The notes below the pieces were generated by a model. That model saw nothing but the letters and a program-made list of their open reading frames with translations, was not told the origin of the DNA and did no database searches. DNA of 64,000 nt, from assembly GCA_002269645.1 (NCBI GenBank), contig NIVC01001062.1, positions 304,647 through 368,646 on the forward strand. The letters are read 5' to 3'. Position 1 is the first letter of the stretch. Each line of letters begins with the position of its first letter. This document shows positions 1 to 23,945 of this stretch, one piece after another. The position numbers and the translations under genes are program-made. This stretch comes from Macrostomum lignano (Eukaryota).

Positions 1-275
1 AGAGGATCTGGGGAGGAATGGCAGGCCACTAGACTCTAGAGGATCTGGGGAGGGAATGGCAGGCCACTAGAGGATCTGGGGAGGGAATGGCAGGCCACTA
101 GAGGATCTGGGGAGGCCACTAGAGGATCTGGGGAGGAATGGCAGGCCACTAGAGAATCTGGGGAGGGAATGGCAGGACACTAGAGGATCTGGGGAGGAAT
201 GGCAGGCCATTAGAGGATCTGGGGAGGGAATGGCAGGACACTAGATGACCTGGGGAGGCCACTAGATGATCTGGG
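1..275. repeat. Minisatellite, ~30-bp unit AGAGGATCTGGGGAGGAATGGCAGGCCACT
   Basis: About 9 degenerate tandem copies read directly; the array runs off the window start. Confidence 0.95.
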
Positions 276-794
276 AGGGAAAAGAAAATAACTAAAAGGA
301 AAGACTGAGAAAAATACAAGCCAATTGGTTTATGCATTTATTGAACTAATACGCGGACCGATGGTTATGTTTGAAACTAGAAGGTTTTGCAACTAACTAA
401 TAAAAATACAAGAAAGGTATTAAAATGCTTAACACTGCTACAGTTTAAATAGTAAAGCACACATATTTATTTACTGTAATTTTATTCAGCTAACAAATAC
501 ATGATTTTTTATGACAATACAGATTGTAACCGGATTAAAAGCCCTAAAATAGGGGCCTAGTCTTATAACGCGACAAAATGCAACGCAAACACACATGCAG
601 TTGGACAAATTAAATAACTTAAAGAGGAAATTAAATGAAACAACTACTTCAAGTAGTTTCATTATTTACGTTAAATATTAGCTTCCAGAATCGATGGATT
701 AAAATGAAATTAGTGCCCAATTTAAATAACTTTCAAAAAATAGAATACAAACTTAACCTAATTGAAAACAAATAACAGTGAGTTACAAATTTTT

Positions 795-1430
795 CGCGAC
801 ATATCGGCACTTAGAAACAATATATTAGAACCAATACGTCTTAATTCATAAGACCATTTAGATTGTAACAGAAAATAGAAAATTGTTTAATCAGAAATGA
901 GTTACACGACTTTCGATACATATCGGTTCTTAAAAAATGACTAAATTTAATATTTCTACCGACTTACAAAAGATGATACTTTGGTTAGAATTTAGCAATC
1001 ATTTATATAATTTTCGATACATATCGGTCCTTCAAAACTGACTAAACATTTCTATTGACTTACAAAAGCTTGTAGTTTGGCTAGAATTCAGCAGTGAGTT
1101 ATATAACTTTCGATACATATCGGTCCTTATAAACTGACTGAATTTAACAATTTCTACCGACTTACAAAAGATGATACTTTGGTTAGCATTTAGCAGTGAG
1201 TTATATAACTTTCGATACATATCGGTCCTTATAAACTGACTGAATTTAACAATTTCTACCGACTTACAAAAGATGATACTTTGGTTAGCATTTAGCAGTG
1301 AGTTATATAACTTTCGATACATATCGGTCCTTATAAACTGACTGAATTTAACAATTTCTACCGACTTACAAAAGATGATACTTTGGTTAGCATTTAGCAG
1401 TGAGTTATATAACTTTCGATACATATCGGT
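795..1430. repeat. 102-bp tandem repeat immediately downstream of the Nup133 stop codon (putative 3'UTR)
   Basis: The anchor CGATACATATCGG recurs at ~913, 1015, 1111, 1213, 1315 and 1417 (mostly 102-bp period), with a degenerate copy near 797. The 34-aa periodic ORF 1032..1433 is a by-product. Confidence 0.9.
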
Positions 1431-1457
1431 CAACCAACAAAAACTTTAGGAATATTT

Positions 1458-12250
<10,793 letters not shown>

Positions 12251-12804
12251 GGTTAAAGAAATTGAATGGCAGAAATTTGTGTTTTAATAATTTGATATTT
12301 TAAGTAATGTTCTTTTGTAATAGGGTGTTTCTAGCCATAGTTGTAGCTCATGGATCATACATGCGCAACCCCCCCCCTGATGTACACTGGCCGTGTGACT
12401 TACATTTTGACCCAAAATGCGACTTACCTATGAAAGAGGTACCTAAATGCCACTTTGACTTACCTAAACAAAAATAAACGTAATCTTGGGTAAACGGCAG
12501 GAGTAAAAGTACTGTATTATTAAGGCTACATTCCTCGTCATCTAATAAGTATTATGTTTGTAGTTTACCACAAAAAACCATCCAGTTGTTTCAGGAAAGC
12601 CTTTTTGTAACAAAAGCAAGTCTACAAGTGTTTCCTCTGTTTTTCCTTTTTAACACATTCTTCCCCTATTCTATACATTTATGTGCATGTGCAAGATGTA
12701 TAGAGTATTAGTGTATACAATTCTACTGACACAATTAAAACTCATATTTTAGTAATGAGAAAACTTCTTTTCAATTAAAAAAACTTACTTCTCCCTTCTA
12801 ACAG

Positions 12805-13520
12805 GCCTAAGAAATTTGTTCTTGATTATGAGGCCGCAGTGTGGCAAGCCTTTTGTAAAACTTATCCAGGCGGCCGCATCAGGGGGTGCATCTTTCACTT
12901 CACTTAGGCAGTTTGGCATCATATACAAAGCCTAGGCTTGCAGGGAGCCTACTGCAAGGATGATGTTGAAAACTCATGGCACTTCCATTTCTATCTCATC
13001 ATGAGATGGCAAGAGCATTCTACGGCTTGAATGCAACACTGACTGCAAGTCAACCTGCTTCTTCACCATAGCTTACGGCACTTTGCAACTATGTTCAGGT
13101 AATTATAATCTATAATAGAATTTACTATGTATTATGTACCTACATGTAAAACAGTACTATATATATGAATGTAAAATTCAATTAATTGCTAAAGTTGCCC
13201 TTCAAAATTTGCATATACAATTGTACACTGTACATGCAAAACTATTCACTGTTTTTTTAATTTGTCAGTAATATACATTCTTAATTCATACACGGCTCTA
13301 CTCCTTTCATTTTGTCAGAACACATGGATCACCAGCGACATATTTCTACTTGAAAGCTTCTCCATGTTTAGAGAAAGTGTGCGCACTAACAACAACATCA
13401 AAAGGTGGCACAGAAGACTGAATGCCCGTGTTCAATGAGGCCAACTGCCCTTTTACCTTCTGAACCAGTTGTTTCACGAGTTGCTTGATGAGTTGAATGA
13501 GCAGCTTATCTCAAGTACTA
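12805..13520 (+). mobile_element. Degenerate Mutator-like (MULE) transposase remnant
   Basis: Manual translation gives FVLDYEAAVWQAFCKTYPGGRIRGCIFHFT*AVWHHIQSLGLQGAY and FRESVRTNNNIKRWHRRLNARV. These match the recalled MULE motifs DFE.A...GC.FH..Q and RTNN..EGWH..LN; in-frame stops are present. Confidence 0.85.
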
Positions 13521-16500
13521 GATGAAGTTTGCTTCACTCTGAGCAGAGTACGAAATTGGTCTGTGTACCACTACGCAGCTGCTATATGCCTGTAGCAAAC
13601 TGAATATGCCATGATAATTTCAGTAATAATGAATGTATACATGCTCTACCCAGAGAGCAATTGACAATTCATACTATTCATTTATGCTATACAAGCTTGT
13701 GTGTATATATATAAAGGTCAAAAATTTGTATATGCTGTATACCTGATACTCTACATATATATACATGTATATATGCATATGCATGTAATTTTTAAAAACC
13801 AATAAACTGCATATATACTAAAGGCACAATTGTTTTCCTGATCTGACTTTGACTTTGTTAATAAAACCAAAATTATAAGTAACTGACCATTTAGCTAGGT
13901 TTTCAATTAGAAAGTAGACATTTTAAGAATATATATAATAGAGGGGTGTTTTTTAAACTGTGTGAAGGATTTTAAATTTCTAGCATTTCTATGGTAATGG
14001 AGTTCTATACTAAATATTTGTTTGAATGCGCCTATTGTCCCCTCTTCCCTTTATTGGTTTTGGTATAAATAGAAGCAAATTTTGCAGCCAGAGAGGCTAA
14101 CTTCTTCTTTTTTCAACCAATCTTTTGGTTTAAAGTCAATTTGCCTAGAAAATTAAAGAGTTGTTCAGTCTTTCCTTATTTGCTAAAACTAAGAGCAAAT
14201 GCTCATTGGACAGGTAGAAGTTACTAAGAGTGCAAAACACAGTCTAACAGCCAATAGCAGATTTGCAAAGAGCAGAGGCGTAATTCAGCCGATTGACAAT
14301 GAGAAATATCTCAATACAACTATTCAAACTGAACAGCCAATGGGAAGTCATGTGTGACAAGAGCAAATCTGTAAAAGGAAATTGAGATTCACTGGGCAAC
14401 CTTGATCCATTGGAGGGCGCTGCTTTAGGACTTAGTTATCCCCATCTTCCCTAGCTAAATAATGTTTTGCCGCTTAGGCACTGCACACTACTAGGCCTAG
14501 GGCAATCTATGCTTGTGTGAAAGCCCATAATCTCAAACTCTATGAAACCATATCTTTAGTAGTTTAAAGCATACAAACAAACCTTAGAGATTTAGTATAT
14601 TTAAATGACAAATCTAATACCTATTTTCATGGAATTATAAAATTATAACAATTGTTATCCTACAACAACTTAGTGTCTGCATTAAGATAAAAGCATATTA
14701 TACCATGACCTTTGTGCTTGCTAGGCACTTATTCTTGCCTTTTAATGCCATAGACTACATTTAAACCTGCTTTCAGGAGTCAAACTTACTTTAATGCAAA
14801 TTAGCAGGCAGTTAATATTATTTGATGCTCAATTGTCTATTTCAAACTTACTTTAATGCAAATTAGCGGGCAGTTGATTTCATTAATTGCTTGCTAATTT
14901 TGTCCCACTTTGTCAAGGACACAAATGTCTATGGCACAATAATACTAGGGGGCCTAATAGGGCCTACCTATGCAGCTATGCTTTGCGGGCATTAATAAGA
15001 AATCCTTAGGCGCCTAATGGTGCCCTTTGATTTTCCCATTAACGCCCTTAAATCATGGGTATTAATGTACTATTAACTATACTAGACCAGTAACAACTTG
15101 GTGATTGTGGTGGAATTTATAAAATAATAAAAAACCCCTAGAACAACTTGGTGACGCAGTGGGATAGAATACAATAATAGTAAAAAGGCCTACAACATAT
15201 ATATGAACATTTAATTTTGCTATAGGCCTAAACATTTAAGAATATTCTTAAAACTACTTCTGTTTAAACTGAAGAAATAAGGTCTTCACAAATCAATATC
15301 TAAAATACCTAGGTAAAAACATGCTAAACTTTCCAGTTTCCAACCAAGTCAAAAATGTATTTCAATGGTTTGTTTTTTTCTTTGGTAATATATTTACTTA
15401 GTATCTTGGCATGGCATAGAACTCTAGCCATTGCCTAGTATAGTATCTGTATCTTATGGATTAGCTAAATGAGATTATGGAATACAGTTGAAATTCAATA
15501 TGAATTAAAATATAATTTTGAATATGAGTGGACTGACTAGGCCTATTCTGTGTAAAGAAAGTACAACAAAGTTGCAATTTAAGTAATTTTGAGCACTTAA
15601 TTTTTAGTTGTAGGTAGTAAGTATGTAGTGACCTTGTACTAGACCTTTGCAAAACTTTCAGCCATTCATGCAGTAAATATTTCATTCTAGAAAACTCTAT
15701 ACATCGTTTACTACATGTAGCATCGTTGATGGATTTCAACTTTCCTAACTAAGTCTAGGGGCCGTGTAAGTCTCCATAGCACTAGCACGCTTGCTGAGTG
15801 CAGCCAACACCAACTTGTAATGTACATACAGGATACAGCATATGCAATTAAATTGAACGGATTTTTTCAATTTAAAGAAACGTGCCAGTTTAACAAAATT
15901 AATACTGTTTTTATCAGGAATATCTAACGTTTTGTAAAGTATTTATCATATTTGTTATAGGATTTCTTTTTATTATCATCATTTTGGCGTAATATAATCT
16001 GGGGCACCGAAATGCCGGGCACCGAAAAGCACGGGCACCGAAATGCATGGAAACCAGAGTCAAACATTATATTAAAGAGTCAAACATTTAATTACGTTTA
16101 CATCTATTGTACAGGGGTTTAAAAGTCGAAACGATTTTTCACGATATTTAAACCATGTTAAGGTGCAGTTTTATGACAAAACTTTTGTTGTTGAGCATGC
16201 ATGATGAGTGCACGATGACGATGTCGTCGCGAAATTGATTTAATCGGAACTTTGTAATATTTTATCTCGCGCTCTTCACTCTTACTCTAAACAAATTCTG
16301 TTTTTTTTAATTCAAACTTAATGCTTTGCGCTACTTCATATATTGTAGAAACTTATGCTCAAGTGACGACGATGTCATATATTACCCTTTCTATATTTTT
16401 CTGAAATTCGAATATGTTGAATTACTTTGATGTTCCTTCAGATCACAGCTTCTTAAAAAGCTCATCAAAGGCAATTTTGTATGTACATCATTTCTTACAG

Positions 16501-18519
16501 TCGCCGAGTAACCTTCCATGATTATGAACGATGTTAGGTCCTTGAGTATGACAGGGCTGTGAGAAATTTCTTAATTGATATTACTGCTACGAATTTATTG
16601 CTTATTTAGTAAATTATAAAAATGTAAAAAACGATGGAAGTCTTGTCAGTTATTTCACACAATATTGGCCAACACGCAAGACGACGCAGTCTGACAGTTG
16701 ATAGATATTTGTGCAGCAAAAAATGATTTTTTATTCGAATGGTCGACTTTAATGGCCATACATGAGTGTTGGCTAAGCTAAAGTATGAATTTAGTTTGAT
16801 AATAAAAAATGAATACGAGTATAACATTTTTGATACAGTTTTTAATAACAGCTGGGGACAGACACCAAGGAACTGATTATTTTAGAATATATTAATAGAC
16901 AAAATTGAAAATGGGGTCTAGCGAATTACAGGGAGATAGAATCAAAAGGGGAGACAATAAATGATTTAATTTCGTACAACAGCTGCCAACAAGCGCAAAG
17001 GGTATTGGGAGAAAACTGTATCTAACTCAGCGCAAATTAAACAAAAGAAACGAAATACAAGATATAGACGGAAACAACAGATATAAACATGTTATTTTGG
17101 TATTTTATATAAGTTGTTAATTTTAACCTGTCTTCTCACTATAGTATCTAGCTAATTATTAACAACGAAAAATAGAAGTTTTAACAAAGATGCAAAAATA
17201 CGAAATACCTTTTTGTCCCTAAATAATAAAGTAATAACGAACAATATCATAATTAAATTTTAAAGTAATTCTTAAATATGATCATGTTTTGCGACAAGAA
17301 ACATCCTTGTATAGCTTGACCCATATATGAACTCTATACTCGTATTAACAAACAACATGTACGCGGTTATCCTATACTAATACACTATTAAAAAAACTAA
17401 ACTACAAAAATTGACCGGGCCAGACAACTTATCTAGATACTTGAAAAAATGATTTCTTTAAAGCTGTGACAACAGTAGAAAAAAGGTTGACAAGGGTTTC
17501 GCCAAAAAAACGTAAAAAGAAACGCAGCATAAAACGATAAATACACTTGAACTTTACACAGGGTTTCTAGTGGAAAAGTATGCTGAACTGTATTTTTTTA
17601 AACATTGCGCAGATTATATGCTACTGTTTTGTAGTTACGTCTATCAAAACTGCATGGCTATTACCACTAAATGTTAACATTCTTACTTTAAGTAGGCAGA
17701 AAAATTAACCAATATTTTTATTTGCATTTTAACTGCAACTTAATTTTTTTCTAATTTATGTATTTGTAGCAGAGCCTCACCAACTATTAAACTAAACCCA
17801 ATTTATAATGACGCGTCTTTTACTTTCTGATACATTTTTTTCAATTATTGTAATAAAAAAACAAGCAAAAAATAACATAAAAATGTAAACGCATAACAAT
17901 ATGACGCAAACACAATAAAATAGTAACAAAAGTTTAAAAAGAACCAAAAAACAAATAATAACTAGAATTAACTAAACTTCATTTTTACGGTACAAATACG
18001 ACCTACTTACAATATCTGACCATTTGAAAACAATAAACGCGTTAAAAAAACACAAAGAAAACGCATTATAACAAAGACGTGCTAATAATACTACCAAGAT
18101 TAACTGGTTTGGGCTACTACTTTACTAAATATATTAAACCGCGTTGACAACAATATTTTATTAAATTAATAGACCAGTTACAAAAAATGGCTGTAGTACT
18201 CGTTACCGAGAATAATTAAATTATTTAAGCAATGCAAAATTACGCTGGGTAGCTTGCTCAGACTACGGAAACAGAAGCAAACATAATAGTGCAGCTTGGC
18301 TCTACAGACCTAAACAGATTAAAATATTAACCACTTAAAACCTTTTGTTTTTACAGAAAAGTACACAAATATAAGAAAACCGTGGCAGAGCAAGACAGAT
18401 AGATAGGACAATTTTTAAATAAATTAAAACAAACCCAAATTAAAGTGTTTTCCAAATTGTCAAGTTTTTTTGCGAATCACTTTTCAAAGGTTGAAGTTGT
18501 TGGTCTAGATTGGTTTTAT

Positions 18520-19440
18520 TTAGTCGGTAGCCGCAGCAGCGACAGCAGCAGCGACAGGTAAGTCGACCTTCTTAGTCTCGACGCTGGCTCCAGCATTAAC
18601 CTCAGGGTGTTCGCCTCCATTATCAGTTCCGCCATTCAGACTCGACGAGATTGCCTTCTCAGCAGCTTTCGACTGCTGCTGGCCATTCACTGAATCGCCA
18701 GTGTCACTGGTTTTACCGTTGGATTCGGGTAGCTTGACAGTCGGCTCCTCGTTAATAACAACTGGCTGCTCTTTCAACATGACTGGTTTAGCTTCCTCTG
18801 AAGTGACTACTGGCTTCTCTGGTTTATCAGTAGTATTATTATCATCATTGTTACTAGCATTTGTAGCTATCTGTGGCATCATGCCTAGTTTAGTTACATT
18901 GTTGGCTATTGGCTCCGGTGCTGTTGGCGGCTTCTCTACTACGGGATTAGCGGTGGTAGCTTCCGGTTCCGGTTTCTTAGGTTCCGTTCCGGGTTCCTTA
19001 GCTTCTGGTTCTGGTTCTTTAGCCTCCGGTTGTGGTTTTTTAGTCTCCGGATCGGGTTCCTTAGCTTCCGGTACAGGTTTCTCAGTTTCCGGTTGTTCTT
19101 TAGCGACCTCTTCAATCTCTGTTGGTTTCTCTTCCGCCACTGGCTTGGCCTCAGTGGTGTCCATCTTCTCTTCCGGTTGCTCATTCCCATTGGATTGTTC
19201 AACAACACCAGGCTGGTTGTCTTCAGCTTCACTCTGCTGCTGCGGTTTCTCCGGGCTCAACGAAGTTTTTGCCTTCTTATTTGGCGATGCGCGCGATTTT
19301 TTCGGCGACGGTTCGCCAGCAGATGATGCGGCTGGAGCGGTAGCCGCCGGCGGCGGCGCCTCCTCTTCTTTGGCAGCCAGACGCGATGAACGGCGTCGGG
19401 GCTCGGTAGGCTCACCAGCTGATCGCTTACCACGGGGCAT
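18520..19440 (-). CDS. Intronless, intrinsically disordered Glu/Lys/Pro-rich protein (306 aa) with an N-terminal HMGN-like RRSxRL motif
   Basis: Open 921-nt GC-rich frame in an AT-rich neighbourhood; ATG at 19440 (the track starts at an upstream TTG). Sequence begins MPRGKRSAGEPTEPRRRSSRLAAK and contains 7-aa EPxxxPE repeats encoded at ~18960-19100. Confidence 0.8.
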   Translation of the reverse strand: MPRGKRSAGEPTEPRRRSSRLAAKEEEAPPPAATAPAASSAGEPSPKKSRASPNKKAKTSLSPEKPQQQSEAEDNQPGVVEQSNGNEQPEEKMDTTEAKPVAEEKPTEIEEVAKEQPETEKPVPEAKEPDPETKKPQPEAKEPEPEAKEPGTEPKKPEPEATTANPVVEKPPTAPEPIANNVTKLGMMPQIATNASNNDDNNTTDKPEKPVVTSEEAKPVMLKEQPVVINEEPTVKLPESNGKTSDTGDSVNGQQQSKAAEKAISSSLNGGTDNGGEHPEVNAGASVETKKVDLPVAAAVAAAATD

Positions 19441-20067
19441 TGTGCAGCGCAACAGTCTAATATTTATTGAAAACCTGACTTTGATTGATTTGGATTTTTA
19501 GATTGTTATTTATTGTTGCCAAATCAGCATGCATATTGATGAAGAGTAAATTTATTGTCGATTTTTTAAAACCAAGAAAGCAAAATCAAAAGAAAGGGCC
19601 TATTTAGTCTATGGTCAAAGCTGGCTTACTTACAAATGTGACCATAATACTTGAGTTGAGAAACGAAGTCTAGTGCTGCTAAAATTCTATAACAATTAAT
19701 GCTATACTCAAGATTACAAATAAACAAAATATAAGCAAGCTGCATGCAAACCTACTTATAATTAGTTTAATGGATTGAAAACTAAGTGCATCACTAGCAC
19801 ACAGTTTGTTCTCTCCCCCACTAATTAACCAGCCAGACACCTACCTCATAGCTATACACACTGGCTATATATATGTGTATCATTTGTCAGCATGCCTGTC
19901 TTAGTTTGCGCCTAAAGGCCTACAAATATATGGGAAACCCAAACCCTCCATTTTAGTCTTGGCTTTTTCTGCTACTTAAGAGCAGTTCAGTTGTTTTTTG
20001 CTTCTTGTGTGATGCAAAGCAATAATTTATGACTTGGTATTTATATATATTGTAAAGATACTAGAAA

Positions 20068-20432
20068 GGGGGGCCATAGCCCAGCGGTAGCGCAGCTGCT
20101 CTGGTGTGCCAGCGACCCAGGCTCGATTCCAAGTGCAGTCACATTAATTTGGGGCTGAATTGGAATCTCAGCTTGGCTCTGCTCGTGCAATTAACGGCCT
20201 TGAGAGTCAACCCCCCCAAGGCGCAGTGAAGTGTACATGCCTAACGATAATATAAAGTTAGGGCCGCTGTACACTCCTGTGTGAGTGTGTGCCTGCGTAC
20301 GTATCCGCGCGCTTGTATGCCTGCTCAGGGGAGTCGGCGGAATGGGCAGTAATGCCTCTCGCCGGTTGTGTGCCTACGTCGCTTTAAGTGCGCCAGGGTG
20401 CACACAACTCCCCTGCCTCTAATAATAAAAAA
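20068..20432 (+). mobile_element. tRNA-derived SINE with A-rich tail and 13-bp target-site duplication
   Basis: Head GGGGGGCCATAGCCCAGCGGTAG (A box) ... GGCTCGATTCC (B box); tail AATAATAAAAAAAA; AAAGATACTAGAA at 20054-20066 and 20433-20445. Confidence 0.9.
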
Positions 20433-20819
20433 AAAGATACTAGAATATCTAGGTAGCAAAGGCCATTGTAACAGTTTTATCCAATGGCTAAGATATACTA
20501 AATAATAGGCTTATGCCCTATATGTATGCATTCATTGTGAATTTTTCATACCTAATAGTCTAGAATGTTTTTATTTTATTTCTATATCTCTATTAACCTA
20601 AATAGTAATATTTACTACCTAGATATACAAAATTCTTAGTACGCTCATAGATTCATTTTAAGTTGATGAAGGTGAAGATAGCAAATAAAAAATATGGTTT
20701 CAAAAGATTATTATATAGACCTTAATTTAGGCTTATAATAAATACATCTAACATGCAATGTCTATGCTTTATCTACTATCTTCTAGTTGCATATTTAATA
20801 GATAAATATTATATACATA

Positions 20820-21830
20820 CAGTTATGCACAAAAGTAAGTACACCCCAAGCAAAAAATGAGAGAAACTGTTATAACTTCTGAACTGTCAGCACTATTTTA
20901 ACCAAACTGCATCACAATGATCCTTATTGACTGGCGTTTATTTTAACACATCAAGCTTTGAAAAACTCTGAATGGCTAAAGAGCTGTAGCCAAAAATTGT
21001 CAAACACACCTGTGCAAAAGTAAGTACACCCTGCCCTTTACTGCCAGTAAAACCTCCTTTGTGCAAATTCAAACTACCACAAGTACATTGCCAGCAGCCT
21101 CATTGCCTGTTACATCATTAGCTACTTAAGTCATGCTCACCCCTGCCCACAATTGGCTTAGCCACTGGCCTCATGCTGCTATAAAGCTCATGTATGCTGC
21201 AGCCACTTCAGCATTGATTTGAGACATGCCAGAATGATGCCAAGAGGCTAGGAGCTGTCAGTTTAATTGAGAAATTGCATTGTAGCAGCTCACAATAGTG
21301 GCGATGGCTACAAGTGGATATCTGCTGCCTTCAACGTGCATGTATCAATGGTTAGGTGCATCATTGCAAAGTACAAGCAGCATGGCACCACAGCATCTCT
21401 GCCTCGCAATGGCCAATAGAGCAAAATTTCAGCTCGCGCGCTACACGAATGCATGCAAGAGGTCAGCCAAAACCTGAATGCAACATCAGGTGAGCTGCAG
21501 CAGATGCTGAATGCAGCTGGCTTATTGCCACACAAGACCACTGTTCACCAAGCCCTGAACCGTGTGGGCCTCTATAGCTGCATTCCGAGAAAAAAGCCTC
21601 TGCTGCAACAGCAACATCCCAATGCGATGCTATGCAAGCTAGATAGCTACTGACAGTCAGTGCTTTGGACTAATTAAACCAAGATTGAGCTGTTTGGCAG
21701 GAATGAGAAACAGCGCGTATGGCGCAAGCCAAACATTGCATTTGAGACACCTGAAATCAACAGTCAAGCACAGAGGTAGCAACATCATGCTAGTGGGTAG
21801 GGAGGTTCCTTCAGGTCACCACAGCTGTGG
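20820..21830 (+). mobile_element. Tc1-family DNA transposon, 5' portion with IR/DR-type left end; transposase pseudogene
   Basis: TA|CAGTTATGCACAAAAGTAAGTACACCC terminus with an inner direct repeat GCAAAAGTAAGTACACCC at ~21014-21031. Translation: MPRG*ELS...GDGYKWISAAFNVHVSMVRCIIAKYKQHGT...TVHQALNRVGLYSCIPRKKPLL...VLWTN*TKIELFG. No right end seen. Confidence 0.9.
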
Positions 21831-22364
21831 AGGCATTGGTCAAATGACCAATTTTATTGGCTTACTAACCTGGAGAAGGCATGGGCTTCTCTGATTGGTC
21901 TACTCAACCCTCTCTAACCCTGGGGAGGTTTTGATTTGAGCTTGGAGTAGGTGCGACACCCCAACGGTAGGGGGTAGGGCCCGCCTTCAGCCCAACTGGT
22001 GTCACCTGCTCGGCTTGATGGCCACAGTTTTTCTTAGCCTAGCTTAGAAACCTAGTGTATATTAGTACACTCCCAATTTGCAAGTTGGATCCTAATTCAT
22101 TCCTAGTATCATAAAAGCCTGTTCAATGGCTGAGGCACCTTATTACTTATTCTAGTTAGTTAGTTGTGGAGAAGAAAAGGTTTCCTGTCTTGAATAATGT
22201 TAGTTCAATTCTAACCTAAGAAAAATATAAAGATAAGACTAGGAATAAGGTTCATGTATAAAACTACTACTAGTAGTCTATGTCAGTAACAAATAGGAAC
22301 TAATATGAATACTTATAAGCATGCTTATTCCATTTATATCTTTGAGTTAATAATCTTGGTTTCT

Positions 22365-23195
22365 ATGGAATAGAATCCCAGATGCTTGGGATCCCAAAAT
22401 TTTGGGATTAGGCCCAAATTCTGGGATCACACTTGTCTAGGATTTGAAAATCCTAGTATTAACCATTGGGATCCTGATCCCAGTTTGCATTTATTCTTGA
22501 ATAGTTCATTCATTCTTTAGATGCCTAGCATAAGGTTGGTAGCAGAACTATATACACTTTAAGCAGTCCCTGCCTTTAAAATTTATTGGCCATGGTAGGG
22601 ATTAGAACACTGGGACTTTGCTATTGGACTATAACCCAAGCTGCTAGTTCTCCATCTAGGGCAGATGCCTTTGAGAAGGTGAGGTCTGATCTTTTTCTAC
22701 CTTGGTATTAGTACTTTGGGCCATGGCTCTACTCTATAAGCTATCATTCCCTAGGTTATACCACATTCAAATGTGATTTTCCTAAGCTAATACTGGCATA
22801 TAAAAACTACATCTAAAATGCCAACCCATTAGGCCCAATATCCCCAGTATTAAGATGCCCAGTATCAAGCCCAGTATCAAGATGACCCAATATCACACTC
22901 CAATTTAGGGCTTATTGTCAATTTCTATGCTCATAGTTAGCAAAATATTTTGCTCTATTTTATATTATTATTGAAAGCCTTTTAAAATCAGGTTAGATGG
23001 CTTTGTAAACCTAAATTGCACCAACAAAGATTAAAAACTTTTTTATTCCTGGGATTTTGGCCCAATTTGTTGGGATCCTGTGATTGGCAAAGTCTGGGAT
23101 ATCTCAATCCTAAGAATCCTAGTATTTTTTAAGTCTGGAATATCCTAATCTTGAGAATCCAGGGATTGGCAAAACTTGGGATTTTGTATTCCTTA
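22365..23195. mobile_element. Possible degenerate non-autonomous DNA transposon (MITE) with GGGAT/ATCCC-rich ends
   Basis: Clusters of GGGATCCC/GGGATT motifs at 22370-22485 and 23050-23190. Weak inverted termini GGAATAGAATCCCA / TGGGATTTTGTATTCC. Confidence 0.35.
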
Positions 23196-23945
23196 TTAGT
23201 TTTCTGTCTAATTCCTTCAATTTTCTAGATACTAGGTTTAGGATTAAGGACTATTCATATGGCTAATATAGTAACAACTGCCAAGCCTTATTGGAATAAG
23301 TTGACAAAATGCGGACAGAATAAATCTAAGAAATAAATCTAAGCTTATCTTAAATCTATAAATCTATCTTATAATTTTACCTTTACATCTATGCTTTGCC
23401 GGTGCGCATGGACATAGTATTTTATATATTTATTTTGTAAGCTTTTGACAAGTTACATTTTCGACAAAATAATATAGCATGTTTCTGAGAAGCTGCACTT
23501 TGCTTTCAAAAGAAATCTTAAAAATTAAAATATATGTTCTTTTTCTCAGAAACACCTCACTTTAAACAAGCAATATACTTCCTTTTCAAAACTGACCTAT
23601 TTAAGCAAGGCATTAAATTACAAGTGACTAATCTAGAGTAGGCCCTATTTATTTTAGTTTAGATGTAAAATTATGCACACATTATTTTGTCATCAAAGTA
23701 ACCTGTCACCGAAATGGATGTCACCAAAGTGACTGTCACTGAACTGACTGTCACCGAAATAACCGTAATTCTATACACTACCTTAAGAGAGTCATTTTGT
23801 TATCTACCAATCATATTAGTTTCATTTTTAAGTGATTTATGTGGCAATTAAACATATTTACTTAAAATCCAAATGATCCTAGTCATTTTTTATCTTGATT
23901 GATAAAACATATCAATTGATTGGATTCTGCTTACTGCAGCTTATA

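Noticed and set aside
15995-16700. GGGCACCGAAA triple repeat and weak transposase-like frames; similar GTCACCGAA repeats at 23700-23770
   Set aside because: Probably transposon subterminal repeats, but no partner terminus or reliable protein motif could be established.
18701-19501. 266-aa plus-strand Ser/Gly-rich ORF
   Set aside because: Antisense shadow of the minus-strand acidic protein.
20068-20140. Possible tRNA gene
   Set aside because: No convincing acceptor stem or cloverleaf; it continues into a body, A-tail and TSD, so it is a SINE head.
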